A DNA stretch of 64,000 nt from Nautiliaceae bacterium (GTDB lineage: Bacteria > Campylobacterota > Campylobacteria > Campylobacterales > Nautiliaceae). Below are positions 19,799-29,083 of this stretch, piece after piece. The stretch spans positions 35,892-99,891 of the forward strand of contig JBDONT010000026.1 of assembly GCA_039831155.1 (NCBI GenBank), written 5' to 3'. A program made the translations under genes and the position numbers. Position 1 is the stretch's first letter, and each line of letters starts with the position of its first letter. Below the pieces are notes generated by a model. That model saw only the letters and a list, made by a program, of their open reading frames with translations, made no database searches and had not been told where the DNA came from.

Positions 19799-20859
19799 TT
19801 CTTAGCCTCTTTTTGGACTCTCAAAGCAGACTTTTAAAATTTGCCTTTTATACACTCCCTATAGCTCTTTTTTTTTCAATCACCTCTTTTTTGTTTGTAA
19901 ATAATATCTTAAAAAGTTACAAAAATTACCTAATCAATTCTTACATAGGCTCCCAAGGAAGAGTTACGATAATCTCAACCCCACCATTTATAAAAAAACT
20001 TCAAGAAGTCTCAAAAAAACACCACCTAATCTTCTCTCCCAAAGTAACTTTCAAAAGTTTTATTGTTTTTAAAAACAAAACTCCCATTATAAAATCAGCC
20101 CAAATAGTAATCTTAAATCAATCCTACCTCCAAAAAAAATTCCACTCAAACGACATATTTATAAACAAAGCCCTAAAAAACGGTTTTGGGGATATGAATA
20201 TAAGCTCTTTTAAAAAGTTACAATACGACAAAAAAAGTATCCCGATAAAAAAGATAAAAATAATAGACACTGGGTTTTTAGGAAACTATCCTACTATATT
20301 TTTATCTTTTAAAAACGCTAAAAAACTCTTTCCCTCTTTAAAAACGAACCAAATAGAATATCTAAACAAAAACACTAAATTCATAAAAACACTAGTGGAA
20401 AAAACGGCAAAACAATACGGGGTTTTAGAGTATAAAATAAAAGATTTAATTGAAGACACCAAAGAGACAAAAGAGTTTTTTCAAAAAATCTCCGTCATTC
20501 AAAAGTTTATTATGGGATTTATTTTCATACTTGCCTTAGGAATAGTTATTTTAAGCGTAGCTATAATGATAGAATTTAAAAAATCCTCCCTTAAAACCCT
20601 ACATCTAATAGGTATGAGCAAAAAAGAGTTAAACCTTACTATCTCCTTAATAGTATTAAGCACAATTAGTATTATTTTAACCTTATCCGTGATAAGCACC
20701 AAAGCCTTAGAGAGTCTGTTTTTAAAAATTACCGGATTTGGAAGTGACTTTTTTGTGCCTGTCGGTTTTAAAGAGATAGGATTTGTTTTTGTTTTAGGAG
20801 TAATTTTAAGTATGATAACTTATATTTCATCCTCACTTGCTTTTAAAGGAAAAGAATGA
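19777..20859 (+). CDS. FtsX/LolC-E-like ABC permease
   Basis: 1+3 TM topology around a large periplasmic domain; 'LHLIGMSKKEL' motif. Confidence 0.7.
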   Translation: MFHIPKLILSLFLDSQSRLLKFAFYTLPIALFFSITSFLFVNNILKSYKNYLINSYIGSQGRVTIISTPPFIKKLQEVSKKHHLIFSPKVTFKSFIVFKNKTPIIKSAQIVILNQSYLQKKFHSNDIFINKALKNGFGDMNISSFKKLQYDKKSIPIKKIKIIDTGFLGNYPTIFLSFKNAKKLFPSLKTNQIEYLNKNTKFIKTLVEKTAKQYGVLEYKIKDLIEDTKETKEFFQKISVIQKFIMGFIFILALGIVILSVAIMIEFKKSSLKTLHLIGMSKKELNLTISLIVLSTISIILTLSVISTKALESLFLKITGFGSDFFVPVGFKEIGFVFVLGVILSMITYISSSLAFKGKE

Positions 20860-21590
20860 TTTTTTTACTTTTTTTTATTCCTCTTTTCGCTTTTGAAAAA
20901 GTGTTTATAAATCTTGATAAAAACATATCCATACCTAAACTTAACGACAAAAACATAAAAGATTTCAGCGTCTCTTATACTCTAACTCCTACTAAATTTT
21001 ATATTTCAAAATATGAAATTACCAAAAAAGAGTATAACGAATACCTAAAAGCCATTCACAAAAAACCGATAAAAATAGACGAAGACGAAGAAAACGAACC
21101 TATAACAAACGTATCGTTTTTTGAAGCTCAAGAGTTTTGCAGATTCTACAAAGGAAGAGTTCCAACGGAAAAAGAGTGGACAATAGCAGCAAGCGTAAAA
21201 CTTGCGAAATCAAAATGTTTTGAGTTTATAAAAAAATACATCTTCACACCATTTCCCACTCAAAAATACCCCTTAGCCCCAAACGACCCTCAAATTAAAT
21301 GTATGCTAAAAGAAGACGACGAAATAGAACCCTCTCTTATAGGAAGCGAATTTTTGGAAGTTCAATACTCTTACGAAAACATAAACGGCATATACGGAAT
21401 GCTTGGAAACGCTTTTGAATGGGTGGACGATAAGGTTAATTATTTCAATCACACCTTCTACAAAATAAAAGGAGGCAGCTATAACGATAAAAATATGCCG
21501 GTATTTTTCGATAGCAGAGTTTACAGCCTGCTAAAACCGAATACCAAAAGAGTAAACGTAGGATTTCGATGCGTATGGGAGACAAAATGA
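20856..21590 (+). CDS. FGE-sulfatase (SUMF1/EgtB/PvdO) domain protein
   Basis: 'KYEIT..EY', 'PITNVSF.EA..FC', 'RVPTEKEW', 'GIYGMLGNAFEW', 'KGGSY', 'GFRC'. Confidence 0.88.
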   Translation: MIFLLFFIPLFAFEKVFINLDKNISIPKLNDKNIKDFSVSYTLTPTKFYISKYEITKKEYNEYLKAIHKKPIKIDEDEENEPITNVSFFEAQEFCRFYKGRVPTEKEWTIAASVKLAKSKCFEFIKKYIFTPFPTQKYPLAPNDPQIKCMLKEDDEIEPSLIGSEFLEVQYSYENINGIYGMLGNAFEWVDDKVNYFNHTFYKIKGGSYNDKNMPVFFDSRVYSLLKPNTKRVNVGFRCVWETK

Positions 21591-22279
21591 TAAAAGCGAT
21601 AAATTTAAAAAAAAGTTTCAATAAAGAAGTTATTTTTCAAAACGTAAATTTCGAAGCCAAAAAAGGAGACTTTTGCGTAATTACCGGAAAAAGTGGTAGT
21701 GGAAAAACGACTCTTTTAAACCTCATCTCCACAATAGACGAAATAAAAGAGGGAAAACTTATAATAAACAACACCGACATAACAAACCTAAACGAATACG
21801 AAAGGGCAAAATTCAGAGCCAAAAATATAGGTTTTATTTTCCAATCATACGCTCTTATTCCGGAGTTTGACATTATAAAAAACTGCACTATTCCACTTAT
21901 TATGTCAAATGTACCTAAACGCAAAGCCGAACAAAAAGCAAAAGAGATAATTTTAAAATTCATCCCCGAAGCCGATGAAAAGTTTTTAAAAAAAAGACCT
22001 CCTCAACTAAGTGGAGGACAACAACAAAGAGTGGCTATTGCAAGGGCGTTAATTCACAACCCTCCTATCATAATAGCCGACGAACCTACGGCAAACCTAG
22101 ACAAAGAATCTGCAAAAGAAGTAAAAGAGCACTTAAAAAAATTATCCCTAAATTCAAAATGCGTAATCGTAGTAACGCACGAAGAGGAGTATTTGGAAAA
22201 ATACGCAAACGTAGCTTATCAATTCGTAAAAGACCCGTCAAACAAAGCAAAATCAATTCTTAAAAAAATAAAAGGCTAA
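21587..22279 (+). CDS. ABC ATPase, LolD/MacB-like
   Basis: GKSGSGKTT, 'FR..NIGFIFQSY', LSGGQQQRVAIARAL, ADEPTANLD; start moved to ATG 21587. Confidence 0.9.
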   Translation: MIKAINLKKSFNKEVIFQNVNFEAKKGDFCVITGKSGSGKTTLLNLISTIDEIKEGKLIINNTDITNLNEYERAKFRAKNIGFIFQSYALIPEFDIIKNCTIPLIMSNVPKRKAEQKAKEIILKFIPEADEKFLKKRPPQLSGGQQQRVAIARALIHNPPIIIADEPTANLDKESAKEVKEHLKKLSLNSKCVIVVTHEEEYLEKYANVAYQFVKDPSNKAKSILKKIKG

Positions 22280-22281
22280 AA

Positions 22282-25110
22282 ATGAGATATCTATTTATTA
22301 TCGTTTTGATATTCTTAGGATGTCAAAACCCCTCACCTTCAAAATACAAAACCCTCTATGAAAAAACAAAAGCCAAGAACTCATCCTACTCCCAATGGCA
22401 GGAGAAAAAAACACCTCTAAAAATTATAGGAATAATCTACATAAACCCTCTAACCACTCAAACAAAAGAGTTCAAAAACTACACAAAACTTCTCTCTTAC
22501 ATTGCAAAACACCCTAATTACCTAAACTTAAACCAAAAATTCACTTCCGTTCAATTTATAAAAAAATCTTCCGACCAAAAATTTAATGCCGTTTACAAAA
22601 ACAGATTCGAAGACAAAGAGATATTAAACGACATCTTAAGAAATTACCCGGACACCCCCTCATCCGAAATAGCTATTATGCTTGATTATGAAGAGCTTCA
22701 AAAAGGAAACCTGGTAATTAAAGGCTACAAAAGCGTAAAAATAAAAGGGAAAAAAAGAAACTCTTACTTTTTTACCCTAAAAAAACCGGAATACTCCAAA
22801 CTTAACAAAAAACAAAAACAACAAGCACTAATAAACTCAATAAAAGCCGTTTTAAACCTATCAATTCCTAATTACATCTCAATAAACACCCAAAACTTTA
22901 TACAAAAAGAGAAATTTAAAAAAATCTACTCTACCAAAAACGGCGTTATAAAAAAAGAGACCTTTTTTAACCCTATAAAAAACGCCCTTAACAAACTTAA
23001 ATTTAAAAAAAGAATGATTTTATCAAACAACGAATCGGTATATCTTTTACACAACTTTTTTCCTCAGAGATTCAGTATTTATAAGAATTTCGCAGCTATC
23101 CAAAATAGAAAACAAATTGTAATAATAAATCTGTTAACCGGAAAAATCATAAAAAAAATTCCAACCGACATTTCAATACATCAAATAAAATTAAACGAAA
23201 ATCTAATAATCGTAGGCTATAAAAGCTCCCTAATATCAAGCAAAAACTTCTTAGAAGTAATAAACCCTAAAACAAAAGAGACCGTTTTAAAAAAAGAAAT
23301 CCCCTCTTTAACGACAGCCCTTACCGACAAAGCCGTTTACTATTTAGACAAAAACAAAAAAGAACTTAACATTTTATTCCTAAAAGACTTTACAACAAAA
23401 ACAATTAAACTTCCTCAATCGTCTTATAAAATTTTTACAAACGACAAAACGATTATCCTAAAAGGATACAACCAAATATTAACCCTAAATGCCAATACTT
23501 TAAGAGTTATAAAATCAACCTATATTCGACCGACTTACCACTTTACGTCTTTAAAATACTCCCCTAACCTTCAAACAAAAATAAAAATAACCTATCCTAA
23601 CCGTTTAACTAATATACAAATCTCAACCCCTACTAAAAAAACGACAATTTCCACAAACAACAGACTTTTGACATTGGCTTTTTCCAAAGACTCAAAATAT
23701 GTGGCTTTGGCGTTTAACGTAATAAAAAATAAAATCTTCTTTTCAAACAATTTCAAAATAGATATTTACGATTTACAATCTCTAAAAAAAATAAACACCC
23801 TTTATTTTGAAGCGTTTAAAATGGCATTTTACAATCACAACCTCGTAATTTTTTCAAAAGACACCATAAGAATCTTAGATATACGTAAAAAACCGAATAA
23901 AACCCTCGTTTCCTCAAAAGATAAAATAACCTTCTCTCCAAATAAAAACTACTTTTTATTAAAAAACACCTATAAAAAAATCCAATTTGAAGTATATGAC
24001 CTAAACTTTAAAAAACTTCTCTCAAAAAAACTATATAAAAAAGACGGCTACTCGGAACTGCTCATAACAAACAAATACGCCGTTTATTTCTACTCCCCTT
24101 GGGGATATTCACCAAATAAAAAATCGCTAATTCACTTTTACAACCTAAAAACAAAAAAAGAAAAAGAGATTTGGGCTAATGTAGCCTCTTTTAAAGTTTC
24201 TCCCTGTGGGGATGATGTTTGTCTTATAAACACCAAAGATTATCAACTCTATAAAATCTCCCCAAACGGCGTAAAAAAACTCTCAAACTCTTTACCGAAA
24301 AAATTTATCGTCTCTTTAAAAGTAAGCCCGGATTCTCAAAAAGCCGTAATAAACTACTTCAAAAAAACATTAATCTACGACCTTAAAACCTCCAAACAAA
24401 CGCTAATAAACACAAAAATAAACAAATCGTTTGCTATAACGGATAAATTTCTTTTTTATATCCAAAAAAATACTCTAAACAAACTATCCCTAACCACCCT
24501 AAAAACCGTAAAAAAAGAAATAAATACTCCAGTATCCCCTAAACTGCTAGCAGATAATAAACACATTTACATAACTTCATCGATTTATAATAAAAACTTT
24601 ACGCAAGTATTCGATTATAACCTAAACCTAATCACAATACTGCCTTATAAAATAGTAAATTCCACCAAAAACTACCTAATAAGCAAAACCGGAAGTACCC
24701 TTACATTAATAAACAAAAGTTTTTTAAACGTAAACTTAAAACCTATAGACGAAAAAATAGCTAACATAAAAAACAGCTTTTTTAATAAAAGCAAAAAAGA
24801 GATAAAACAACTAATCTTCACAACTCCCCTAAACCCAAAAGATTTACTTGTTTTAAAAACTACTAATTACATAACTTCGTTTAAAACAACGCTTCGTGCA
24901 AAGGAAGTGGAAAAAATAGCAGATATTTTAGGAGTCGACTTTTTAGACCCTCTTTTGGCTTATAATGTAAGCTTTTTAAAAAAATACGCACTTAAAGTCG
25001 TAAAATACTCAAACACCTACGAAACAATCTTAAAACCCTTTTACGATATAAACGAAATATTTTTCAATTCGCCTTTTGATTACAAAAAAGCCGGATTTCA
25101 AAGGAGATAG
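22282..25110 (+). CDS. Large lipoprotein with probable beta-propeller insertion
   Basis: Lipobox FLGC; repeated 'FS.D.KY', 'IYDL', 'SPD' blade-like motifs; termini paralogous to 16375 ORF. Confidence 0.7.
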   Translation: MRYLFIIVLIFLGCQNPSPSKYKTLYEKTKAKNSSYSQWQEKKTPLKIIGIIYINPLTTQTKEFKNYTKLLSYIAKHPNYLNLNQKFTSVQFIKKSSDQKFNAVYKNRFEDKEILNDILRNYPDTPSSEIAIMLDYEELQKGNLVIKGYKSVKIKGKKRNSYFFTLKKPEYSKLNKKQKQQALINSIKAVLNLSIPNYISINTQNFIQKEKFKKIYSTKNGVIKKETFFNPIKNALNKLKFKKRMILSNNESVYLLHNFFPQRFSIYKNFAAIQNRKQIVIINLLTGKIIKKIPTDISIHQIKLNENLIIVGYKSSLISSKNFLEVINPKTKETVLKKEIPSLTTALTDKAVYYLDKNKKELNILFLKDFTTKTIKLPQSSYKIFTNDKTIILKGYNQILTLNANTLRVIKSTYIRPTYHFTSLKYSPNLQTKIKITYPNRLTNIQISTPTKKTTISTNNRLLTLAFSKDSKYVALAFNVIKNKIFFSNNFKIDIYDLQSLKKINTLYFEAFKMAFYNHNLVIFSKDTIRILDIRKKPNKTLVSSKDKITFSPNKNYFLLKNTYKKIQFEVYDLNFKKLLSKKLYKKDGYSELLITNKYAVYFYSPWGYSPNKKSLIHFYNLKTKKEKEIWANVASFKVSPCGDDVCLINTKDYQLYKISPNGVKKLSNSLPKKFIVSLKVSPDSQKAVINYFKKTLIYDLKTSKQTLINTKINKSFAITDKFLFYIQKNTLNKLSLTTLKTVKKEINTPVSPKLLADNKHIYITSSIYNKNFTQVFDYNLNLITILPYKIVNSTKNYLISKTGSTLTLINKSFLNVNLKPIDEKIANIKNSFFNKSKKEIKQLIFTTPLNPKDLLVLKTTNYITSFKTTLRAKEVEKIADILGVDFLDPLLAYNVSFLKKYALKVVKYSNTYETILKPFYDINEIFFNSPFDYKKAGFQRR

Positions 25111-26271
25111 ATGAAAAAACCAAGCTTAACCTTTTCTCTTTTTAAAAGCTCCTTTTTTCTTGTTTTTATTTTATATCTTTTGACGCTGATAATTTTAAAC
25201 ACCATTTTAATATTAAAAGAGTCTTACAAAACATCCCTTGAAAACGAATTTGCAACCAAACAGCCCCATATAAAAATAACCTATATAAACTCAAACTTAA
25301 AAGACATCTCAAAAGATTTGAAATTGATAAAAAAAATCCCCCTTGTAAAGGCTATAACCCCTTTTAGCGAAGGGGAAGAGTTTTTCGAATCCATAGGCTA
25401 CAAAAAAACAGGAGCCAACTCTTTATATAACGGCAATATTAAAATAATAGGAATTTTAACAGACAGTTTCGTATACGATTTTTTCGATATGAAGTTTTTG
25501 CCTTTTGGGGATTTTCAAGTTCCTTTGACTGTAGTTGAATTTATATATAAATTCAGAACAACCCCCAATCTCATAATTTTTAATCAAACGCTATTTAAAT
25601 CATATTTTCCGGTAATAGAATCAACAGAAGATTTTAGCTTTAAAAACAAACATTCTCTTAATGGCAAACTATGCGGAGTGTTTAACGACTTTAGTAACTC
25701 CCCTACAATCTATACCAACTTATACTTTGCAAACAGACTATTAAACAAACCTTTAAATCACGCAGACGGATTTTTCGTAAATGCAACTTCCATAAAAAAA
25801 ATAGACGCACTTTTAGAAAACCTAAAAAAAATCCTCCCCAAAAACAGATTTATAATCCACTCGTGGCTTGAGCTTAGAAAAAAGCAGTTTGATATGTTTT
25901 ATCTTTTTTCTATGCTCTCTTTAATCATCATTACAGCCATTTTTCTTTTGTCTTTGCTTTTTGCGGTTTTAATAATTTATCATTCAATAGTAAAAAAAAG
26001 CTATCAATTATCGGTTCTTTTTACACTGGGTTACAACCTTAAAAAAGAGATTATGTGTATCATTTCGGTTATTATCTCCATAGCGACGATTATTAATTTT
26101 TACACCGTTTCAAACCTAACCCCAAAAATCCTAAAAACCCTAAACCTCCCAACCTCCAACACCCTAAAGACGGCTTTTTACGCAACTTGTTTTTTAGATT
26201 TGTTTTTTATTACGGTAAGTTTTTTTATTATAAAAACCACTTATGAATTAAAAGCAAAAAGCGTCTTTTGA
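25111..26271 (+). CDS. Second FtsX/LolC-E-like ABC permease
   Basis: 1+3 TM topology; 'PHIKI', 'SWLE.....F', 'LFTLGY....I'. Confidence 0.7.
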   Translation: MKKPSLTFSLFKSSFFLVFILYLLTLIILNTILILKESYKTSLENEFATKQPHIKITYINSNLKDISKDLKLIKKIPLVKAITPFSEGEEFFESIGYKKTGANSLYNGNIKIIGILTDSFVYDFFDMKFLPFGDFQVPLTVVEFIYKFRTTPNLIIFNQTLFKSYFPVIESTEDFSFKNKHSLNGKLCGVFNDFSNSPTIYTNLYFANRLLNKPLNHADGFFVNATSIKKIDALLENLKKILPKNRFIIHSWLELRKKQFDMFYLFSMLSLIIITAIFLLSLLFAVLIIYHSIVKKSYQLSVLFTLGYNLKKEIMCIISVIISIATIINFYTVSNLTPKILKTLNLPTSNTLKTAFYATCFLDLFFITVSFFIIKTTYELKAKSVF

Positions 26272-26276
26272 TTTTA

Positions 26277-26285
26277 TGATATAAT
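26277..26285 (+). promoter_or_regulatory. Extended -10 promoter (TGATATAAT) for the secG operon
   Basis: Exact motif 21 nt upstream of the secG ATG. Confidence 0.65.
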
Positions 26286-26306
26286 TTCGCAAAAAGGTCT
26301 TACAAA

Positions 26307-26606
26307 ATGACAGGAGTTTTATTCGTATTTCAAATCGTGCTTGTAATAGCGATAGTTATTTTAGTTCTTCTACAAAAATCAGAATCTATGGGGCTTGGAG
26401 CGTATTCAAGCTCAAACAATACGGTATTCGGTGCCAAAGGTCCTATGAACTTTTTGACAAAAGCCACAATGGTACTTGGACTTTTATTCGTTTTAAACAC
26501 TTTAACACTGGTTTATCTATACAACAAACAACCAAACGTTTCCTCTTTAGATAAAGTAAAAACTGAAAAAACAATCCCACCGGTTCCTAAAGCACCTACA
26601 AACTAA
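26307..26606 (+). CDS. secG: Preprotein translocase subunit SecG
   Basis: 'VLLQKS..MGLGAYS.S...FGAKGP..FL.K.T'. Confidence 0.92.
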   Translation: MTGVLFVFQIVLVIAIVILVLLQKSESMGLGAYSSSNNTVFGAKGPMNFLTKATMVLGLLFVLNTLTLVYLYNKQPNVSSLDKVKTEKTIPPVPKAPTN

Positions 26607-27526
26607 TGAGATTTTTACTTTTTTTCCTTCCTCTTTGGCTTTTTGCCGAAGCTCATCTATTTGTTTTACACCGAATAGACGATTTTAGACACCCTTACAC
26701 AAACACATCTTCTAAGGAACTGGTAAAATATTTCAAATATCTAAAAACTCACAACTACAAAGCCGTAACACTCTCAACCCTTATAAAAATGCAAAAAGAA
26801 GGCAAAAACATTGATAAAATAGTCGTTTTTACAATAGACGACTCTTATAAAAGCTTTTATAAAAACGGGCTTCCTTTATTTATAAAATACAAAATCCCTT
26901 TTACGCTTTTTGTCTACACAAAAGCAACCACCCAAAAATGGGGCGATTTTATGAGCTGGAAACAAGTAAAAGAGTGTACCAAATACGGAGAACTAGGAGT
27001 TCACAGCTGGGCTCATCCCCATTTAGCGAAACTAACCGACAAAGAGATTATAAAAGATACGAAAAAAGCTATAAACTCCTTTAAAAAACATATAGGATAC
27101 GTCCCTAATATGTACGCCTACCCTTACGGAGAATACGATAAAAGAGTTCAAAAAATAATCAACTCCTTTTTCCCTATAATAGTCAACCAAAACCCTGGGG
27201 CTTACGGGCTAACTTCTCCTATAAACGATATAGACAGATTCGCTTTAACGGGAAAAGTTGATATTTCAAAAAAACTGAAAATTAAAATCCTTCACATAAA
27301 AAACCTCAAAATAGAAAGAAATAAAAACAAAGTCACAAAAATTTCGGGATTTACAAACAAACCTTACTTAAACATTTACATCACGAAGCTTGGTTGGAAA
27401 GGTGTTAAAGTAAAAAACGGATATTTCGAATATAAGCCCGATTTCAAACTCAAAAAATATAGAAATAGAGTTATCATAAGATATAATTATGAAATGATTT
27501 CAAAACTAATTTTAAAGGAGGAGTAA
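26606..27526 (+). CDS. Secreted polysaccharide deacetylase
   Basis: TIDD, HSWAHPHL, AYPYGEY. Confidence 0.85.
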   Translation: MRFLLFFLPLWLFAEAHLFVLHRIDDFRHPYTNTSSKELVKYFKYLKTHNYKAVTLSTLIKMQKEGKNIDKIVVFTIDDSYKSFYKNGLPLFIKYKIPFTLFVYTKATTQKWGDFMSWKQVKECTKYGELGVHSWAHPHLAKLTDKEIIKDTKKAINSFKKHIGYVPNMYAYPYGEYDKRVQKIINSFFPIIVNQNPGAYGLTSPINDIDRFALTGKVDISKKLKIKILHIKNLKIERNKNKVTKISGFTNKPYLNIYITKLGWKGVKVKNGYFEYKPDFKLKKYRNRVIIRYNYEMISKLILKEE

Positions 27527-28080
27527 TGCAAGAGGTATTTGATTTCGCAAAAGAACATATGGAAAAAAGTATAGAAGTGCTAAAAAAAGACTTAAACACT
27601 CTAAGAACGGGGAAAGTTTCAATTCACGTACTTGACGGTGTAAAAGTTGAATATTACGGAGCTCCAACTCCACTAAACCAGGTTGCAAACGTAAACGCAG
27701 TTGACGCGACTACAATCGTGGTAAGTCCTTGGGATAAATCTATTATAAACGATATCGAAAAAGCTATCCAAGAAGCAAACGTAGGAGCAAATCCGAATAA
27801 CGACGGAGATACGATAAAACTATACTTCCCGCCTATGACGGAAGAAGAGAGAAAAAAACAAGCTAAAAAAGCAAAAGAATTCGGTGAAAAAGCAAAAATC
27901 GCCATTAGAAACATAAGACGCGAAGCAAACGACGAAATTAAAAAAATGTTTAAAAACAAAGAAATAACCGAAGACGACCAAAAAAGAGGACTTGATAAAG
28001 TTCAAGAAATTACCGACATTTACGTAGCTAAAGTTGACGAAATTGTAAACAAAAAAATAGATGACGTTATGAGAGTATAA
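27526..28080 (+). CDS. frr: Ribosome recycling factor
   Basis: [29 protein letters not shown]. Confidence 0.96.
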   Translation: MQEVFDFAKEHMEKSIEVLKKDLNTLRTGKVSIHVLDGVKVEYYGAPTPLNQVANVNAVDATTIVVSPWDKSIINDIEKAIQEANVGANPNNDGDTIKLYFPPMTEEERKKQAKKAKEFGEKAKIAIRNIRREANDEIKKMFKNKEITEDDQKRGLDKVQEITDIYVAKVDEIVNKKIDDVMRV

Positions 28081-28082
28081 CA

Positions 28083-28691
28083 ATGAACGTAAAAGAGATT
28101 TATAAAAAACACAAAGCATTACTTAAAGGACATTTTTTACTTAGCAGCGGCAAACACAGTGAATATTATCTTCAAAGTGCAAGGGTTTTAGAACATCCGG
28201 AGGTTGCAGAAAAGCTAGCATGTGAACTTGCAAAACAAATCAAAAAAGCCGGTATTAAAGTGGATACTGTTTGTTCGCCGGCTATAGGAGGGCTTTTAGC
28301 CGGTTATGAACTTGCGAGGGCTCTTGGTGTTAGATTTATTTTCACCGAAAGAGTTAAAGGCGAAATGACTCTTAGACGTGGATTTGAAGTAAGTGAAGGC
28401 GAAAAAATCTTAATTTGTGAAGACATAATAACAACCGGTGGGTCAGCTATGGAAGCTGCAAAAGAAGTTGAAAAAAGAGGAGCGGAAGTCGTAGCGTTTG
28501 CAGCTATAGCCAACAGAGGCGTATGTAAAAGAGTAAACGGAAAAAGCGAAAGAAAAGAAGAGTGCAAACTTCCAAAAGACAAACCTTTCTTCGCACTTGA
28601 CGATTTTGACTTTGAAGTGTACGAACCACAAGAGTGCCCTATGTGCAAAGCCGGAAGCACCCCTGTAAAACCTGGGAGCAGAGGCAATTAA
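28083..28691 (+). CDS. pyrE: Orotate phosphoribosyltransferase
   Basis: [24 protein letters not shown]. Confidence 0.95.
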   Translation: MNVKEIYKKHKALLKGHFLLSSGKHSEYYLQSARVLEHPEVAEKLACELAKQIKKAGIKVDTVCSPAIGGLLAGYELARALGVRFIFTERVKGEMTLRRGFEVSEGEKILICEDIITTGGSAMEAAKEVEKRGAEVVAFAAIANRGVCKRVNGKSERKEECKLPKDKPFFALDDFDFEVYEPQECPMCKAGSTPVKPGSRGN

Positions 28692-29083
28692 TGTGCCCTC
28701 TTTGCAACATAAAAGAGAATATTATTTTTGAAGATGAATTTTTAAAAATAGTTTTGGTAAAAGAGATTGACGGATACGTAAGAGTAATTCCTCACAAACA
28801 TATAAAAGAGTTAAGCGAATTAAGCAACAAAGAGCTTATAAGCTTAACTCTGCTGATTAAAAAAATAGAAAAAATAATGCTAAACACCCTAAACCCGGAT
28901 AAAATAAACGTAGCAAGCCTTGGAAATATGGTTGCACATCTTCATATCCATATAATCCCTAGGTTTAAAAACGATCCGTGGTGGCCGGGGGCTACCTTTT
29001 GTAAAGAGGCTACATTTAACCACCTCCCGGAAAAAAAACTTAAAGAGTTTATTTCTCAAATTAAAAGCCTAAATGCGAAATAA
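28691..29083 (+). CDS. HIT family protein
   Basis: CPLC, 'GNMVAHLHIHIIPRF'; start moved to ATG 28691. Confidence 0.9.
   Translation: MCPLCNIKENIIFEDEFLKIVLVKEIDGYVRVIPHKHIKELSELSNKELISLTLLIKKIEKIMLNTLNPDKINVASLGNMVAHLHIHIIPRFKNDPWWPGATFCKEATFNHLPEKKLKEFISQIKSLNAK

Noticed and set aside
14504-21590. Diversity-generating retroelement targeting the FGE/CLec-fold genes
   Set aside because: No reverse transcriptase and no near-identical TR/VR pair differing at adenines; the paralogues look anciently diverged
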